DNA from: Eubacteriales bacterium
GTDB lineage: Bacteria; Bacillota; Clostridia; Oscillospirales; CAG-272
DNA: 64,000 bases
Reading direction: 5' to 3'
NCBI GenBank assembly: GCA_045631445.1
Contig: JAZQUS010000067.1
Coordinates: 9,020 to 73,019 of the forward strand
Under the pieces are notes generated by a model, which made no database searches, was not told the origin of the DNA, and worked only from the letters and a program-made list of their open reading frames with translations. Shown one piece after another: positions 42,845-53,545 of this stretch (within the stretch, counting starts at the first letter, position 1; every line of letters begins with the position of its first letter). Position numbers and translations under genes: made by a program.

Positions 42845-45232
42845 TTATATTTTCTTCAATCTCGCATAGGTTGCCATCAGTTTTTTAGTGCCAACCTTAT
42901 CGAAGATTACCTCGTAAAGCCAGTCTGCGCCCATTCGTTTAACACTAATGATTTCACCCTCGCCAAAGGTTGCGTGGAACACTCTATCACCTGCTTCAAA
43001 GGTTTCTTTTGAGGCGGTGGAAGTTGGCTTTTTAGGTATTGCATTAATGGAAAGAGTATCGTAATGGGGCTTTTCGTCTGAATAGGAATAAATCGGCTTT
43101 TTGGGTTTATCGTAGGGGGATTTTTCCTTATCAATGAGTTCTTCGGGTATCTCTTTTAAAAAGCGCGATTCGGGATTGAATTGTGTTCTTCCATAGAGCA
43201 TTCTTTGGTTTGCGTGGACGATGAAAAGCTCTTTTTTAGCGCGCGTGATTGCAACGTAAGCTAGGCGGCGCTCCTCTTCAATTTCCGCGCTCGTTGCCGT
43301 GATGGATTGCATAGAGGGGAACATACCCTCTTCCATGCCGGGCAGGAAAACGTAAGGGAATTCAAGTCCCTTTGCACTGTGTGCAGTCATAAGAACAACC
43401 GCGTCCGCGGTTTCGTCATAGCGGTCAACGTCGGCAACGAGGGCGGTTTCTTCCATAAGGCCCTCAAGTGCACTTGCGTATGAGCCATCATCAACGTAAT
43501 TGTTTTCGTATTCAATAGCACCCGTCAAGAATTCCTCAAGGTTTTCAAGACGGTCGCGCTCAACCTCACCTGCCACAATCAACATTTGACGGTAGCCCGA
43601 CTTGTCCATTACCTGATTGATAAGAGTTTCGAGTGAAACTTCTTTTACAAGTGACGTGAGATAATTGATGAGATTTGCAAATTCTATCAACTTGTCCGCG
43701 CTCTTTGAGAGGGCAACGTACTTATCCGAATTTTCGAGAATTTTGAACATTGAGCAACCCTGCTCGTGCGCTATTGCTCGAACACCCTCGATGGTTTTGT
43801 CACCGATTTTGCGCTTGGGTTCATTGATGATTCGAACAAGTCTTTCATCATCATTGTGATTTTGAATGAGCTGCAAATATGCAACGATGTCCTTGATTTC
43901 TTTTCTATCGGAGAATCGAACGCCGCCGATGATTCGGTAGGGAATACCGCTCTTTGCAAATGTACGTTCAATGGTGCTTGATTGCGCGTTATTTCGATAA
44001 AGAAGCGCAAAATCGCGGAACTCTTTGCCGTCTTGAACCATTTTTTGAATTTTATCTGCAATATAACGAGCTTCTTCGTTGTGGTCAAATACCTTTTTAA
44101 GATGAATTTTCTCACCCTCACCTGCGTCTGTCCAAAGGGTTTTGCCCTTGCGTCCTGTGTTGTTCTTGATAACGGCGTTTGCGGCATCGAGAATATTCTG
44201 CGTTGAGCGGTAATTCTGTTCAAGACGGATTACCTTTGCAGTTGGGAAGGTCTTGTCGAAGTTGAGGATATTCTCAATCGGCGGGCCGCGGAATTTATAA
44301 ATACTTTGGTCGTCGTCACCAACTACCATTATATTATTGTAGCCACCCGAAAGGAGCGCTGTGAGTGCAAATTGCGCCTCGTTCGTGTCCTGATACTCGT
44401 CAACGCAAACGTAACGGAAGCGGTTTTGATAATATTCAAGCACATCGGGAAACTTGCGAAGAAGAATAACGGTCTGCATAATGATATCGTCAAAGTCGAG
44501 CGCGTTTGATGTGCGAAGCTTTGTTTGATAAGCACTGTAAATGCGACCGATTTGTTTAAGTCGATAATCATTTCCTGCTTCAAGCATAAATTCGTCAGGA
44601 CCAATCATTCTGTCCTTGGCGCGCGAAATCATGTGCTGAACGCTCTTGACAGGGAGTGACTTTGTGTCAATGTCAAGGTCCTTCATGCAAGCGGTGATTG
44701 CTTTTTTGCTATCGTCTTGGTCATAGATGGAAAATCCGCTCGCATAACCGATTTTATCTCCGTGTGAACGAAGAATACGAAGGCAGATTGAGTGGAACGT
44801 GCCGCTCCAAATTTCATTTGCAACGTCGGCATCTCCGAGTTGTTTGTTAATTCTTGATTTAATTTCACCTGCCGCCTTGTTTGTGAAGGTGATGGCAAGC
44901 ATGCGCCAAGGCGCACAAGGGTTTTCTGCAAATCTATCGAGAATTGGAAGAATTTCTTCCTTTGGAAGATTTGCCGCGTTTTCAAGTCGTAAAACGGTTT
45001 GCTCGTCAACGTCAAAGGGAACGTAGGTGCTTGCGTATGCGTTTCCGTATTTGATTATGAATGCAATTCTCTTAACCAAAACCGTGGTTTTTCCACTTCC
45101 TGCGCCTGCAAGAATGAGGAGTGGGCCGTCCACGGTGAAAACCGCCCTCATCTGCTCTTTGTTTAGCTCACCATACGCCTTAACAAACAAAACTCGCTTT
45201 GCTCTTATGTATCTATCGTGTAAATTTTGCAT
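42845..45232 (-). CDS. pcrA: ATP-dependent DNA helicase PcrA (UvrD family)
   Basis: Walker A AGAGSGKT, motif II VDEYQDTN, and ~795 aa with a C-terminal Tudor-like tail. Confidence 0.9.
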   Translation of the reverse strand: MQNLHDRYIRAKRVLFVKAYGELNKEQMRAVFTVDGPLLILAGAGSGKTTVLVKRIAFIIKYGNAYASTYVPFDVDEQTVLRLENAANLPKEEILPILDRFAENPCAPWRMLAITFTNKAAGEIKSRINKQLGDADVANEIWSGTFHSICLRILRSHGDKIGYASGFSIYDQDDSKKAITACMKDLDIDTKSLPVKSVQHMISRAKDRMIGPDEFMLEAGNDYRLKQIGRIYSAYQTKLRTSNALDFDDIIMQTVILLRKFPDVLEYYQNRFRYVCVDEYQDTNEAQFALTALLSGGYNNIMVVGDDDQSIYKFRGPPIENILNFDKTFPTAKVIRLEQNYRSTQNILDAANAVIKNNTGRKGKTLWTDAGEGEKIHLKKVFDHNEEARYIADKIQKMVQDGKEFRDFALLYRNNAQSSTIERTFAKSGIPYRIIGGVRFSDRKEIKDIVAYLQLIQNHNDDERLVRIINEPKRKIGDKTIEGVRAIAHEQGCSMFKILENSDKYVALSKSADKLIEFANLINYLTSLVKEVSLETLINQVMDKSGYRQMLIVAGEVERDRLENLEEFLTGAIEYENNYVDDGSYASALEGLMEETALVADVDRYDETADAVVLMTAHSAKGLEFPYVFLPGMEEGMFPSMQSITATSAEIEEERRLAYVAITRAKKELFIVHANQRMLYGRTQFNPESRFLKEIPEELIDKEKSPYDKPKKPIYSYSDEKPHYDTLSINAIPKKPTSTASKETFEAGDRVFHATFGEGEIISVKRMGADWLYEVIFDKVGTKKLMATYARLKKI

Positions 45233-45271
45233 TTTTTCTCCATTTAATTAATATATTAATTACTGCAAATA

Positions 45272-45300
45272 ATTCTACCACAAAAACGAACTTTTTTCAA
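45272..45300 (-). promoter_or_regulatory. sigma-A promoter for pcrA
   Basis: Minus strand: TTGAAA (45300-45295), 17-nt spacer ending TGg, TAGAAT (45277-45272). Confidence 0.55.
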
Positions 45301-45342
45301 GATGCGATGGGTAAAAATTATCAAAAATATTTTTGAAAACCT

Positions 45343-45371
45343 ATTGACAAAAGGAAAAGTATGTGGTAAAA
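45343..45371 (+). promoter_or_regulatory. sigma-A promoter for infC-rpmI-rplT
   Basis: TTGACA (45343-45348), 17-nt spacer ending TGg, TAAAAT (45366-45371). Confidence 0.65.
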
Positions 45372-45377
45372 TACATC

Positions 45378-45506
45378 AGTAATGAAGCAGAACACCCCGT
45401 TCTCACCCTGCCACTTAAGTGCGCTTGTGTTGATATTTTTGATATAAAAGCCATAGTGGGCTTTAGGTGTCGTACGGGAAATTTCTGCGTACGACTTTAT
45501 TTTTTT
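45378..45506 (+). promoter_or_regulatory. probable L20-responsive leader with terminator (45469-45506)
   Basis: A ~130-nt untranslated leader between the promoter and infC. It ends in GTCGTACG...CGTACGAC plus TTTATTTTTTT, immediately before GGAGG. The position matches the Firmicutes L20 attenuation leader, but structural homology was not checked. Confidence 0.5.
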
Positions 45507-45518
45507 GGAGGTGTTACC

Positions 45519-46037
45519 ATAGCTAACGCAAAAGACATGCTGATCAACGAGCAGATTGACGCAAAGGAAATCAGAGTTATCGGCGCAGACGGAGAACAAC
45601 TTGGAATTATGAGCACAGAACAGGCGCTCAGAATGGCGTATAACGACGGTCTTGACCTTGTTATGATGACAGGAAATTCAACTCCCCCCGTTTGCAAAAT
45701 TATGAATTTTGGAAAATTCCGTTTTGAACGTGAAAAGAAAGAAAAGGAAGCTAAAAAGAAACAACAGGTTGTTGAACTTAAAGAAATCCAACTTTCTTGT
45801 AGAATTGAAAATCACGATTTCGAAACAAAGCTTAAGCACGCTCACAAGTTCTTGTCGAGCGGAAACAAGGTTCGTGTGGTTCTTCGATTTAAGGGAAGAG
45901 AAATGTCACACCAGGATCTTGGCGCAGAAATTATGGAGAGATTCCGTGTTGCTTGTGAAGAGCTTGGAACGGTTGATAAAAAGCCCGTTCTTGATGGCAG
46001 AATGCTAAGCATGGTTATTTCACCTAACAAGAAATAA
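45519..46037 (+). CDS. infC: translation initiation factor IF-3 (probable non-AUG ATA start; alternative ATG 45537)
   Basis: LINEQIDAKEIRVIGADGEQLGI is a typical IF3 N-terminus. GGAGG (45507-45511) lies 7 nt before the in-frame ATA at 45519. The listed start at 45363 sits in the promoter/leader. Confidence 0.85.
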   Translation: MANAKDMLINEQIDAKEIRVIGADGEQLGIMSTEQALRMAYNDGLDLVMMTGNSTPPVCKIMNFGKFRFEREKKEKEAKKKQQVVELKEIQLSCRIENHDFETKLKHAHKFLSSGNKVRVVLRFKGREMSHQDLGAEIMERFRVACEELGTVDKKPVLDGRMLSMVISPNKK

Positions 46038-46118
46038 ACAGTACACAATAGGTCTTTGACCTGAAGATAAAAAAATATGTTTCGGGCAACCGAAATAAAT
46101 ATCAAAGGAGATAAAACA

Positions 46119-46313
46119 ATGGGAAAAATCAAAACACATAAGGCTTCATCCAAGAGATTTTCTGTAACAGGTACAGGTAAGGTTAAGCTCAACCACTGCT
46201 TCCGTCGTCATAAGACAGGTAAGAAGACAGGTAAGGCACTTAGACAGGGTAGAGAAAATGCATACCTTAGCGACGCTATGGCAGCAAACTACAGAGCACT
46301 TATTCAGAAATAA
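46119..46313 (+). CDS. rpmI: 50S ribosomal protein L35
   Basis: MGKIKTHKASSKRF..., 64 aa. GGAG RBS. Confidence 0.95.
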   Translation: MGKIKTHKASSKRFSVTGTGKVKLNHCFRRHKTGKKTGKALRQGRENAYLSDAMAANYRALIQK

Positions 46314-46344
46314 TCTAAAGAGAATTTATTAGGAGGATAGAAAA

Positions 46345-46698
46345 ATGGCAAGAGTTAAAGGCGCGATGATGACGCGTAAGAGAAGAAATAAAGTACTTAA
46401 GGCAGCTAAGGGTTACTGGGGTGCAAAATCCAAGCACTTCAAGATGGCTAAGCAAGCTGTAATGAAGAGCGGTAACTATGCATTTGCTGGTAGAAAGATG
46501 AAGAAGAGAGACTTCCGCTCTCTTTGGATCGCTCGTATCAATGCACAGGCAAAGGTAAACGGCATCAACTATTCACAGTTTATGCACGGCCTTAAAAAAG
46601 CTGGTATTGACCTTAACAGAAAGATGCTTGCAGAGCTTGCAGTTAACGACAAGGCAGCTTTCGCAGCACTCGTAGAGCAGGCTAAGGCAGCTCTTTAA
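46345..46698 (+). CDS. rplT: 50S ribosomal protein L20
   Basis: [19 protein letters not shown]..., 117 aa. AGGAGG RBS. Confidence 0.95.
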   Translation: MARVKGAMMTRKRRNKVLKAAKGYWGAKSKHFKMAKQAVMKSGNYAFAGRKMKKRDFRSLWIARINAQAKVNGINYSQFMHGLKKAGIDLNRKMLAELAVNDKAAFAALVEQAKAAL

Positions 46699-46705
46699 TC
46701 AGATT

Positions 46706-46732
46706 AAAAAACCCGGTCTGCCGGGTTTTTTG
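46706..46732 (+). terminator. intrinsic terminator after rplT
   Basis: CCCGG-tctg-CCGGG stem flanked by AAAAAA and TTTTTT. Confidence 0.75.
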
Positions 46733-46878
46733 TCATATTTATAGGTGCAGTTAATGGCTTGATTTTGAGCCAAACTGCGCCAATAAATGACTTTATGAGC
46801 GTTGAAAAATCATAGAAATCGACAAAAATTCAATGGTTTTTCAATTTTTATAATTATTGAAAGGAGCTTATTTTCGCT

Positions 46879-47691
46879 ATGGAATGGCAGTATATTTCAT
46901 CAAAAAGCAACGCGCTTGTTATAAGACTTGCAAAGCTTAAAGATAAAAAATATAGAAAAGCCGAGGGGCTTTTCCGCTTTGACGGAATTAAGCTCTTTTG
47001 CGAGGCGGCAAAAATAGGCGCGCCAATAGAATACGTTCTTGTAAGTGAGAGCGCAAGGGATAAGTATTGTGATATCGTTGAGGAAAATTGCACTTGTGAT
47101 AAGCTTTATGTTTTGTCAGAAGATGCTTTTATGAAGCTTACTGACGAGCAATCCCCTGAGGGTATAATTACGGTGTGCTCAAATCTTGAAAACATCACGC
47201 TTGAAGGCGATATGAATGCACTTGCCACTTCACTTGTGGGAAAACGCGTGCTTTTGCTTGAAAGCGTGCGAGACGTTGGAAATATGGGTACGATAATCAG
47301 AACTGCGAGAGCGTTTGGAATAGATGCGCTTGTTATGTCAAGTGATTGTGCGGATCTCTATAATCCCAAAACCGTTAGGGCCGCTATGGGAGCTCTTTTT
47401 ACACAACGAATTGCTATTGTTGATTCTATTTCATCAATCGTACTTGCTATGCGAAGTGAAGGCGCAAGGATTTTGGCGGCTGCTTTGCAGAGAGATGCTA
47501 AAAGGCTTGGTGAAATTGAGCTCAAAAAGGGTGATGCAATCATTATCGGTAACGAGGGACACGGTCTTTCAGAAAAAGCAATTTTAGCTTGTGATGAATG
47601 TGTTTATATTCCTATGGAGGAGGGCAGTGAGTCCTTAAATGCAGGTGTTGCCGCATCCGTTTGTATGTGGGAGCTTTATAAGACGAAATAA
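46879..47691 (+). CDS. TrmH/SpoU family RNA 2'-O-methyltransferase
   Basis: SpoU methylase C-terminal motifs (GNMGTIIRTA, IIGNEGHGLS, SLNAGVAASV). Its position after rplT is as in many Firmicutes. Confidence 0.8.
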   Translation: MEWQYISSKSNALVIRLAKLKDKKYRKAEGLFRFDGIKLFCEAAKIGAPIEYVLVSESARDKYCDIVEENCTCDKLYVLSEDAFMKLTDEQSPEGIITVCSNLENITLEGDMNALATSLVGKRVLLLESVRDVGNMGTIIRTARAFGIDALVMSSDCADLYNPKTVRAAMGALFTQRIAIVDSISSIVLAMRSEGARILAAALQRDAKRLGEIELKKGDAIIIGNEGHGLSEKAILACDECVYIPMEEGSESLNAGVAASVCMWELYKTK

Positions 47692-47702
47692 AGGAATTAA
47701 TT

Positions 47703-49070
47703 ATGGAAATCAGTTTGTTTAAAAAATCTGAGCAGGTTTATTGGATTTGGCTTGCCTTAAAATTGAATAATCAAAATTCGGTATTTCAGCGATTGCTCGA
47801 TATTTTTAACAACTCGCCATATGAAATCTATCGTGCAGATGAAAAAGTGTTGAAGCGCGCTGATTATTTATCCGAATTTCAAAGAAAATCCCTGCTTGAC
47901 AAGAATATTGACGAAGCGGTTTCGATATATAATTATTGCAAGTGGAATAGGGTTGGCGTTCTTAACTATTGTGACGCTATGTATCCCGATTCACTTAAGA
48001 CAATGAAAAATCCGCCGATAATACTTTATTATCTTGGCAATTTACCTAATTTGAATAACAAGCTCTGCGTTTCTGTGGTTGGCACCCGAAAGATGACGGA
48101 ATACGGAATGCGTTCATGCTATAAATTAGCTTATGAGCTTGCATCTGCAGGTGCGGTTGTTATAAGCGGAATGGCACTCGGTATTGACAGTATTGCGCAC
48201 GTTGGTGCTATTGCAGCCCGTGGCACGACTATTGCTGTGCTTGGATGCGGAATAGATGTTATTTATCCGAAGCAACACAGAACTTTAAGAAAATATATTT
48301 GTCAATACGGTGCGGTGATAACGGCTTATCATCCATCTTCGCCTGCATATAAAAATCATTTTCCTGAGAGAAATGCAATTATCAGTGCTCTTAGTGAGGG
48401 AACGCTCGTTGTTGAAGCACCTAAAAATAGCGGTGCACTTATTACGGCGGATCATGCTGCTGAACAGTCAAGAACTGTTTACGCTCTTCCCGGTAGCATT
48501 GAAGAACCGATGAGTGAAGGACCGAACTATCTAATAAAAAATGGCGCGGTTGCGATAACTGAAGCACGTGATATTCTTCACTATTATTTTGAAAATCACT
48601 CGCGTCTTGTTGATCCCGTAAAGCTTCGTCAAGGTGAGCTTAGCTCAGATTTTGATAACGACATTCTCGACAAAATGGGTATTTCTGCAGATTGCGTAAG
48701 TAAGGGGCCAAAGGGTACTCCCAAGGCATTGCTTGAAAAACTCAATTATGAGATTAATAATAATGCAGAGCAGAATAGTGACTATTATTCAGCTCCTGCT
48801 ATTAAAAAAATAAACGGTGATGAATCGATCACTCCTCCCAAAGAGGAGAAAATAAAAAAAGAGCCGGCTTTTGTTGATGAGAGTGTGTTAAGCACTCTTT
48901 CTGAAACTGAAAGAAAAATATTTAATGAGCTACCTTGCGATAAGCCAACGTCAGTTGATGAGCTTGCAAGGGTGGGCTATCCCATCGGAACATTGATGGC
49001 AACGCTTACAGTCCTTGAAATTAAAGGGCTTATAAGCTCATTACCCGGTGGAATGTATATAAGAAAATAA
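47703..49070 (+). CDS. dprA: DNA-processing protein DprA (Smf), long form with C-terminal extension
   Basis: Rossmann-like core with VVGTRKMT.YG and SGMALGIDSIAH. C-terminal winged-helix-like end. Confidence 0.85.
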   Translation: MEISLFKKSEQVYWIWLALKLNNQNSVFQRLLDIFNNSPYEIYRADEKVLKRADYLSEFQRKSLLDKNIDEAVSIYNYCKWNRVGVLNYCDAMYPDSLKTMKNPPIILYYLGNLPNLNNKLCVSVVGTRKMTEYGMRSCYKLAYELASAGAVVISGMALGIDSIAHVGAIAARGTTIAVLGCGIDVIYPKQHRTLRKYICQYGAVITAYHPSSPAYKNHFPERNAIISALSEGTLVVEAPKNSGALITADHAAEQSRTVYALPGSIEEPMSEGPNYLIKNGAVAITEARDILHYYFENHSRLVDPVKLRQGELSSDFDNDILDKMGISADCVSKGPKGTPKALLEKLNYEINNNAEQNSDYYSAPAIKKINGDESITPPKEEKIKKEPAFVDESVLSTLSETERKIFNELPCDKPTSVDELARVGYPIGTLMATLTVLEIKGLISSLPGGMYIRK

Positions 49071-49090
49071 TCGTTGTGAAAGGAATATAT

Positions 49091-51379
49091 ATGGCAAATC
49101 TTGTTATTGTTGAGTCACCTACAAAGGTGGGGGCTATAAAAAAATATCTTGGTTCAAACTATAAGGTTATTGCGTCAAAGGGACATTTGCGCGACCTTCC
49201 CAAAAGCACACTTGGTGTTGATATTGAAAATGGATTTGAACCACATTATATAAATATTAGAGGTAAGGGTGACCTTATTAAAGAAATCAAAAAAGAGGCA
49301 AAGAGTGCTAAAAAAGTATTTCTTGCAACTGACCCTGACCGTGAGGGTGAGGCAATTGCTTGGCATCTTGCAAACGTGCTTGGAATTCCTGTTGAAAAGA
49401 CCTTGCGTGTAAGCTTTAATGAAATTACACCAACAGTTGTAAAAGCATCTATCAAAGAGCCAAGAAATATTGATATGAATCTTGTTAACGCACAGCAGAC
49501 AAGACGTCTTCTTGACAGAATTGTGGGCTATAAGATTAGTCCTCTTCTCTGGAAAACCGTTAAGAGCGGTCTTTCTGCAGGACGAGTTCAGTCCGTTGCA
49601 ACAAGAATTCTTGTTGAAAGAGAAAATGAAATTGCGGCATTTGTTCCCGTTGAATATTGGACCATTGAAGCAGAGCTTCAAAATGCAGATAGAAAGAGCT
49701 TTACAGTTCGTTTCTACGGAGATGAAAATGGTAAGGTTAAGCTTACAAATGAAGCGGATGCACATGCGGTGCTTGATGCAATAAACAAAGGTGAATTTAC
49801 TGTTCAGTCCGTTAAAAGAGCTGAAAAACAGAAGCTTCCTGCACCTCCATTCACAACATCAACACTTCAACAGGAGGCATCCTATAAGCTTGGCTTTCAA
49901 TCTGCACGTACAATGCGTGTAGCACAGGAACTTTACGAAGGTATTAACGTTGGCTCCGAATACGGTGGAGTTCAAGGTCTTATCACTTATATGAGAACTG
50001 ACTCTCTTCGCATTTCCGACGAAGCGCAGAGCGCGGCAAAGGAATTTATCGTTGAGAAATACGGTGAGGAATATGCTCCCAAAGCACCTAGAAAGTTTAA
50101 GGCGGCTAAGAGTGCTCAGGATGCTCACGAAGCAATCAGACCGTCAAAGGTTGAACTTACTCCTGCACTTATAAGAAAGGCGCTTACTCCCGATCAGTAT
50201 AAGCTCTATAAATTGATTTGGGAAAGATTTGTTGCTTCTCAAATGCAATCCGCAAAGCTCAATACTGTTACTGCCGACTTCGTTAATAACGGATACGTTT
50301 TCCGTGCAAGTGGATATAGTGTTGCATTCCCAGGTTATATGGTGGTTTATGAAGCAACTGAAGAGGTAAGAGCATCATCGGATGATGTTGCAATTGTAAA
50401 GGATATTCGTATTCCCACCCTCAAGGATGGCGAGGTACTCGAAATGCTTTCCGTTGCACCTGAACAGCATTTTACCGAAGCACCTCCGAGATATACAGAA
50501 GCTTCTCTTATTAAGTTCCTTGAGGAAAAGGGAATTGGTAGACCAAGTACCTATACTCCTATTATTACAACCATTCTTGCAAGAAATTACGTTCATAGAG
50601 AGGGCAAGGCACTTGTACCCACTCAGCTTGGTACTCTTACTACAAAGCTTATGGAAGAGAATTTCAGCGATGTAGTTGATTATAAATTTACTGCAAACAT
50701 GGAAACCGACCTCGACAAGATTGAAGCAGGTGAGCTTGAATATATCGATATGCTTGCGGATTTCTGGAAGGATTTTAAGATTGATCTTGCAAAGGCAGAG
50801 GAAAAGATTGGCTCTGAGGATATAAAGGTTCCCGTTGAAGAAACTGATATTATCTGCGATAAATGTGGATCAAAGATGGTGGTAAGAATGAGTAAATTCG
50901 GAAAATTTGCCGCTTGTCCTAACTTTCCCAAGTGCAGAAATACAAAGCCACTTACTCCTCCTGAGGAGCAAAAGATTGAGGAAAATAAAGAGCTTAAAAA
51001 GGAGATAGTTGCAGATTTCAAATGTGAAAAATGTGGTTCCGATATGGTTCTTCGTACCAGTAGATTTGGTTCATTTTACGCTTGTTCCAAATATCCTGCT
51101 TGTAAATTTATCAAACCCATCACGAAGGAAATAGATGTTCCTTGTCCCAAGTGTGCAGGCAAGGTGATTACAAAATACGGTAAGAAAAAGACTGTTTTCT
51201 ATAGCTGCGAAAATTATCCTAAATGTGATTTCTCAAGCTGGGATATGCCAACTGCAGAAAACTGTCCGGATTGCGGAAAAATGCTTTTTAGAAAGAAGGG
51301 CAAGGATCTTCTTATTTGTGCCGATAAGGATTGCGGATATAAGGTTGCTTGTGAGCCACTTAAGGAGCAGGACGAATAA
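49091..51379 (+). CDS. topA: DNA topoisomerase I
   Basis: [15 protein letters not shown] and [14 protein letters not shown], with several C-terminal Cys4 zinc ribbons (CDKCGSKM...CPNFPKC). Confidence 0.95.
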   Translation: MANLVIVESPTKVGAIKKYLGSNYKVIASKGHLRDLPKSTLGVDIENGFEPHYINIRGKGDLIKEIKKEAKSAKKVFLATDPDREGEAIAWHLANVLGIPVEKTLRVSFNEITPTVVKASIKEPRNIDMNLVNAQQTRRLLDRIVGYKISPLLWKTVKSGLSAGRVQSVATRILVERENEIAAFVPVEYWTIEAELQNADRKSFTVRFYGDENGKVKLTNEADAHAVLDAINKGEFTVQSVKRAEKQKLPAPPFTTSTLQQEASYKLGFQSARTMRVAQELYEGINVGSEYGGVQGLITYMRTDSLRISDEAQSAAKEFIVEKYGEEYAPKAPRKFKAAKSAQDAHEAIRPSKVELTPALIRKALTPDQYKLYKLIWERFVASQMQSAKLNTVTADFVNNGYVFRASGYSVAFPGYMVVYEATEEVRASSDDVAIVKDIRIPTLKDGEVLEMLSVAPEQHFTEAPPRYTEASLIKFLEEKGIGRPSTYTPIITTILARNYVHREGKALVPTQLGTLTTKLMEENFSDVVDYKFTANMETDLDKIEAGELEYIDMLADFWKDFKIDLAKAEEKIGSEDIKVPVEETDIICDKCGSKMVVRMSKFGKFAACPNFPKCRNTKPLTPPEEQKIEENKELKKEIVADFKCEKCGSDMVLRTSRFGSFYACSKYPACKFIKPITKEIDVPCPKCAGKVITKYGKKKTVFYSCENYPKCDFSSWDMPTAENCPDCGKMLFRKKGKDLLICADKDCGYKVACEPLKEQDE

Positions 51380-52719
51380 TGAGTGAAAATAAATTTGTAA
51401 ACGTATATGGAGCAGGTCTTGCAGGATGTGAGGCAGCTTGGCAGATAGCACAGCGCGGTGTAAGGGTTAAGCTTTATGAAATGAAGCCCCATAAATTTAC
51501 ACCTGCCCATCATTCAAATGGGTTTGCGGAGCTTGTTTGCTCAAACTCCTTGCGCTCCGATAGTGTTATCAATGCGGTTGGACTTCTTAAGGAAGAAATG
51601 CGCCGCATAGGTTCACTTATAATGGAAGCGGCAGAAAATACCAAAGTGCCTGCAGGCTCGGCTCTTGCTGTGGATAGAGAGCTTTTCTCTGCATTTATAA
51701 CAGAAAGAATTAAAAATCATCCGCTTATTGAGGTGATTGAGGGGGAGGTTTCATCGGTTAATCCTGATGAGATTACTGTTATTGCAACAGGGCCTCTTAC
51801 AAGTGATAAAATGGCGGAATATATTGAAAATGAGCTTGGTTGCTCGGGACTTCATTTCTTTGATGCCGCAGCTCCCATAGTTGATTTTTCAAGCATTAAT
51901 ATGGACGTTGCATTCTTTGCTTCGCGCTATGATAAGGGTGATGCGGACTATATCAACTGTCCTATGACAAAGGAGCAATACGACGCCTTTTATACCGAGC
52001 TTGTTGGTGCAAAAGAGGCGGAAATTAAGGAATTTGACCGCGAGGAGCAGAAGAAAAAGCTCCAAGTTTTTGAGGGTTGTATGCCTGTTGAGGTAATGGC
52101 GAAGCGCGGATATGATACCCTTTGCTATGGACCTCTTAAGCCCGTTGGACTCGTTGACCCAAGAACTCAAAAGGAGTCCTTTGCGGTTGTTCAACTTCGT
52201 AAGGAAAATAAAGAGGGAACTATGTATAACCTCGTTGGTTTCCAAACTCACCTTACTTTCCCTGAGCAGAGAAGAGTGTTTAGAATGATACCGGGTCTTG
52301 AAAATGCAGAGTTTTTGAGATATGGAATTATGCATAGAAATACCTATCTTAACTCACCCGGACTTCTTAAAAACGATTACTCAATGATTAAAAATCCCAA
52401 TATCTTCTTTGCAGGTCAGATGACGGGTGTTGAAGGTTATATCGAGAGTGCGGGAAGCGGTCTTGTTGCAGGTATAAATGCTGCTGCGAGAGCTTTGGGA
52501 GAAGATGGAGTTGAATTTCCCGAAACTACAATGATTGGCTCAATGGCTAATTACGTTCAAAATGGTTCTATGGGTAAATTCGTGCCTATGAACGCAAACT
52601 TTGGAATTATCAAACCCCTTGAATATAGAGTAAAGGGTGGAAAGAGTGCAAAGAATGAGGTAATCTCAAATCGCGCACTTGAAGCGATTGATGCGGTAAT
52701 TTCAAAAATGAAAAAATAA
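51379..52719 (+). CDS. trmFO: methylenetetrahydrofolate--tRNA-(uracil-5-)-methyltransferase TrmFO
   Basis: [22 protein letters not shown] fold, ~446 aa. It follows topA as in Bacillus and Clostridia. TAATG overlap. Confidence 0.9.
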   Translation: MSENKFVNVYGAGLAGCEAAWQIAQRGVRVKLYEMKPHKFTPAHHSNGFAELVCSNSLRSDSVINAVGLLKEEMRRIGSLIMEAAENTKVPAGSALAVDRELFSAFITERIKNHPLIEVIEGEVSSVNPDEITVIATGPLTSDKMAEYIENELGCSGLHFFDAAAPIVDFSSINMDVAFFASRYDKGDADYINCPMTKEQYDAFYTELVGAKEAEIKEFDREEQKKKLQVFEGCMPVEVMAKRGYDTLCYGPLKPVGLVDPRTQKESFAVVQLRKENKEGTMYNLVGFQTHLTFPEQRRVFRMIPGLENAEFLRYGIMHRNTYLNSPGLLKNDYSMIKNPNIFFAGQMTGVEGYIESAGSGLVAGINAAARALGEDGVEFPETTMIGSMANYVQNGSMGKFVPMNANFGIIKPLEYRVKGGKSAKNEVISNRALEAIDAVISKMKK

Positions 52720-52735
52720 GGGAGGAGTGTTAGTA

Positions 52736-53449
52736 ATGCAGAATACCAATCTTTGTGAGCTTGAAGAAAAGCTCGGATATAAATTTAAAAATATTCAATA
52801 CTTGGAAACTGCGCTTACACATTCCTCGTATTCTAATGAATTGAAGCTCAAGGGCAAGATTGTTGAATGTAACGAGCGTCTTGAATTTCTTGGTGACAGT
52901 GTGCTTTCAATTATTGCCGCTAACTATCTTTTTAATAAATATCCTACCTCTCCCGAGGGAGAGCTTACGCGTCGTCGCGCGGTAATCGTTTGCCGTGATG
53001 CGCTTTCGTCGTATGCCAAAAGCTTGAATCTTGGTGACTTCCTTTTCCTTGGAAACGGTGAAGAGAAGAATAACGCAAGGGAGCGTAAATCTTTGCTTGA
53101 AAATACCTTTGAAGCGCTTATGGGTGCCATTTATCTTGACGGACAAGCAAATAGAATGGAGATTATTTTCAATCTCGTTTATCCATTTTTTGAAGCAGAG
53201 CTTCATGCATGGGAAGAGGGCAAGATTGTTAAGGATTATAAATCCGAGCTTCAGCAGATGATTCAGCAATCTGGTGTTGATACACTTTCTTATGCTATCG
53301 TTGGGTCAAGCGGACCTGACCACGAAAAAATTTTTGAGGTTGAGGCGCGCCTTAACTCTAACATCGTTGGTAGAGGAACAGGAAAAACCAAGCGCGAGGC
53401 AGAGCAGAATGCCGCCAAAGAAGCATTGGCTCTTTTTGGTGAAATATAA
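52736..53449 (+). CDS. rnc: ribonuclease III
   Basis: ERLEFLGDSVL signature and a C-terminal dsRBD (KTKREAEQNAAKEAL). Confidence 0.9.
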   Translation: MQNTNLCELEEKLGYKFKNIQYLETALTHSSYSNELKLKGKIVECNERLEFLGDSVLSIIAANYLFNKYPTSPEGELTRRRAVIVCRDALSSYAKSLNLGDFLFLGNGEEKNNARERKSLLENTFEALMGAIYLDGQANRMEIIFNLVYPFFEAELHAWEEGKIVKDYKSELQQMIQQSGVDTLSYAIVGSSGPDHEKIFEVEARLNSNIVGRGTGKTKREAEQNAAKEALALFGEI

Positions 53450-53545
53450 TTGAATTTGAAGAATTGGAATCGTGTTTTTTACCCGATTCCCTTTCTTGCT
53501 TTTTAAAGAACATAAAAAATGGCAAAGAAAGGAGAAAAAAGTCGA

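Noticed and set aside
26331-45300. Search for defence systems (restriction-modification, toxin-antitoxin, Abi, CBASS-like), transposases, integrases, tRNA or rRNA genes in the accessory-looking middle block.
   Set aside because: Nothing with nuclease, large ATPase, methyltransferase, recombinase or cloverleaf signatures was recognised by eye. The CPBP/Abi-like proteins are reported as proteases, not as a defence system, because no supporting partner genes are present.
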